DNA of 59,613 nt, counting the filler, from Sphacelaria rigidula (taxonomy: Eukaryota): assembly GCA_964200075.2 (NCBI GenBank). It is 8 parts of 8 records of this genome, joined end to end, with 100 filler letters (N's around TTAATTAATTAA, not from the genome) between each part and the next. Parts side by side here need not be neighbours in the genome. Positions count along the whole stretch, not along the records: positions 52,251 to 59,613 come from CAXNAA020015246.1; 7 more parts are not named here. One strand, 5' to 3'. Made by a program: the position numbers and the translations under genes. This document shows positions 59,258 through 59,613 of the stretch, piece by piece. Below the pieces are notes generated by a model. It saw nothing but the letters and a program-made list of their open reading frames with translations. It was not told the origin of the DNA and searched no databases. The stretch's first letter is position 1, and every line of letters begins with the position of its first letter.

Positions 59258-59613
59258 CTATATAATGTATACATGGGTATGTACATATTATCAAACGATA
59301 GTCTTCGTATAGGCACCATTATGATTGTGATTGTGATTATGATTGCTATCCTCCACACTAGACTCTTCACCAAAAGCTGCTGATAGGAAGGGCCAGACAG
59401 GTAATAACTTGTGAGCATTCAAGGCGAAAATGCACGGCCGATAATGCTTAACGTGCAGAAACAATGGCAATGATCATGGCAGTGACAATGATAAATGATC
59501 GTGATAATGATCATGACAAGGACAAGGATAATGACAACTACACAAAAATACGAGGTTCCCCTTCGGGAGGTTGGTACGGGCCTCCCGGGGGTGACGCAAG
59601 CCGAAACTGTATG

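Overview
Eukaryotic DNA, most likely a brown alga or related stramenopile. This is inferred from the short GT-AG exons in long introns, the gene families and the repeat types. The window is not contiguous genome. It is eight unplaced contigs of 7363-7366 bp, sorted by size and joined by artificial 100-bp linkers (44 N + TTAATTAATTAA + 44 N), so adjacency across linkers means nothing. Contigs 1, 2, 3 and 6 carry degenerate Ty3/Gypsy LTR retrotransposons, two of them with chromodomain-tailed integrases. Contig 4 carries a DIRS-order tyrosine-recombinase retrotransposon (RT-RNase H-methyltransferase-like, plus YR) interrupted by nested MITE/foldback insertions. Host gene fragments are a tyrosinase-like gene (contig 2), RRP5 (contig 5), an LRR protein with a RanBP2/NZF zinc finger (contig 7) and a VPS13-like gene (contig 8). 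The most interesting signal is an array of seven conserved ~90-nt units separated by diverged spacers inside a 3.1-kb RRP5 intron. On the host strand the units read as box C/D-type RNAs with a compensatory non-canonical C/D pair (UGAUUA / AUGA), covarying terminal stems and a candidate guide for LSU rRNA.
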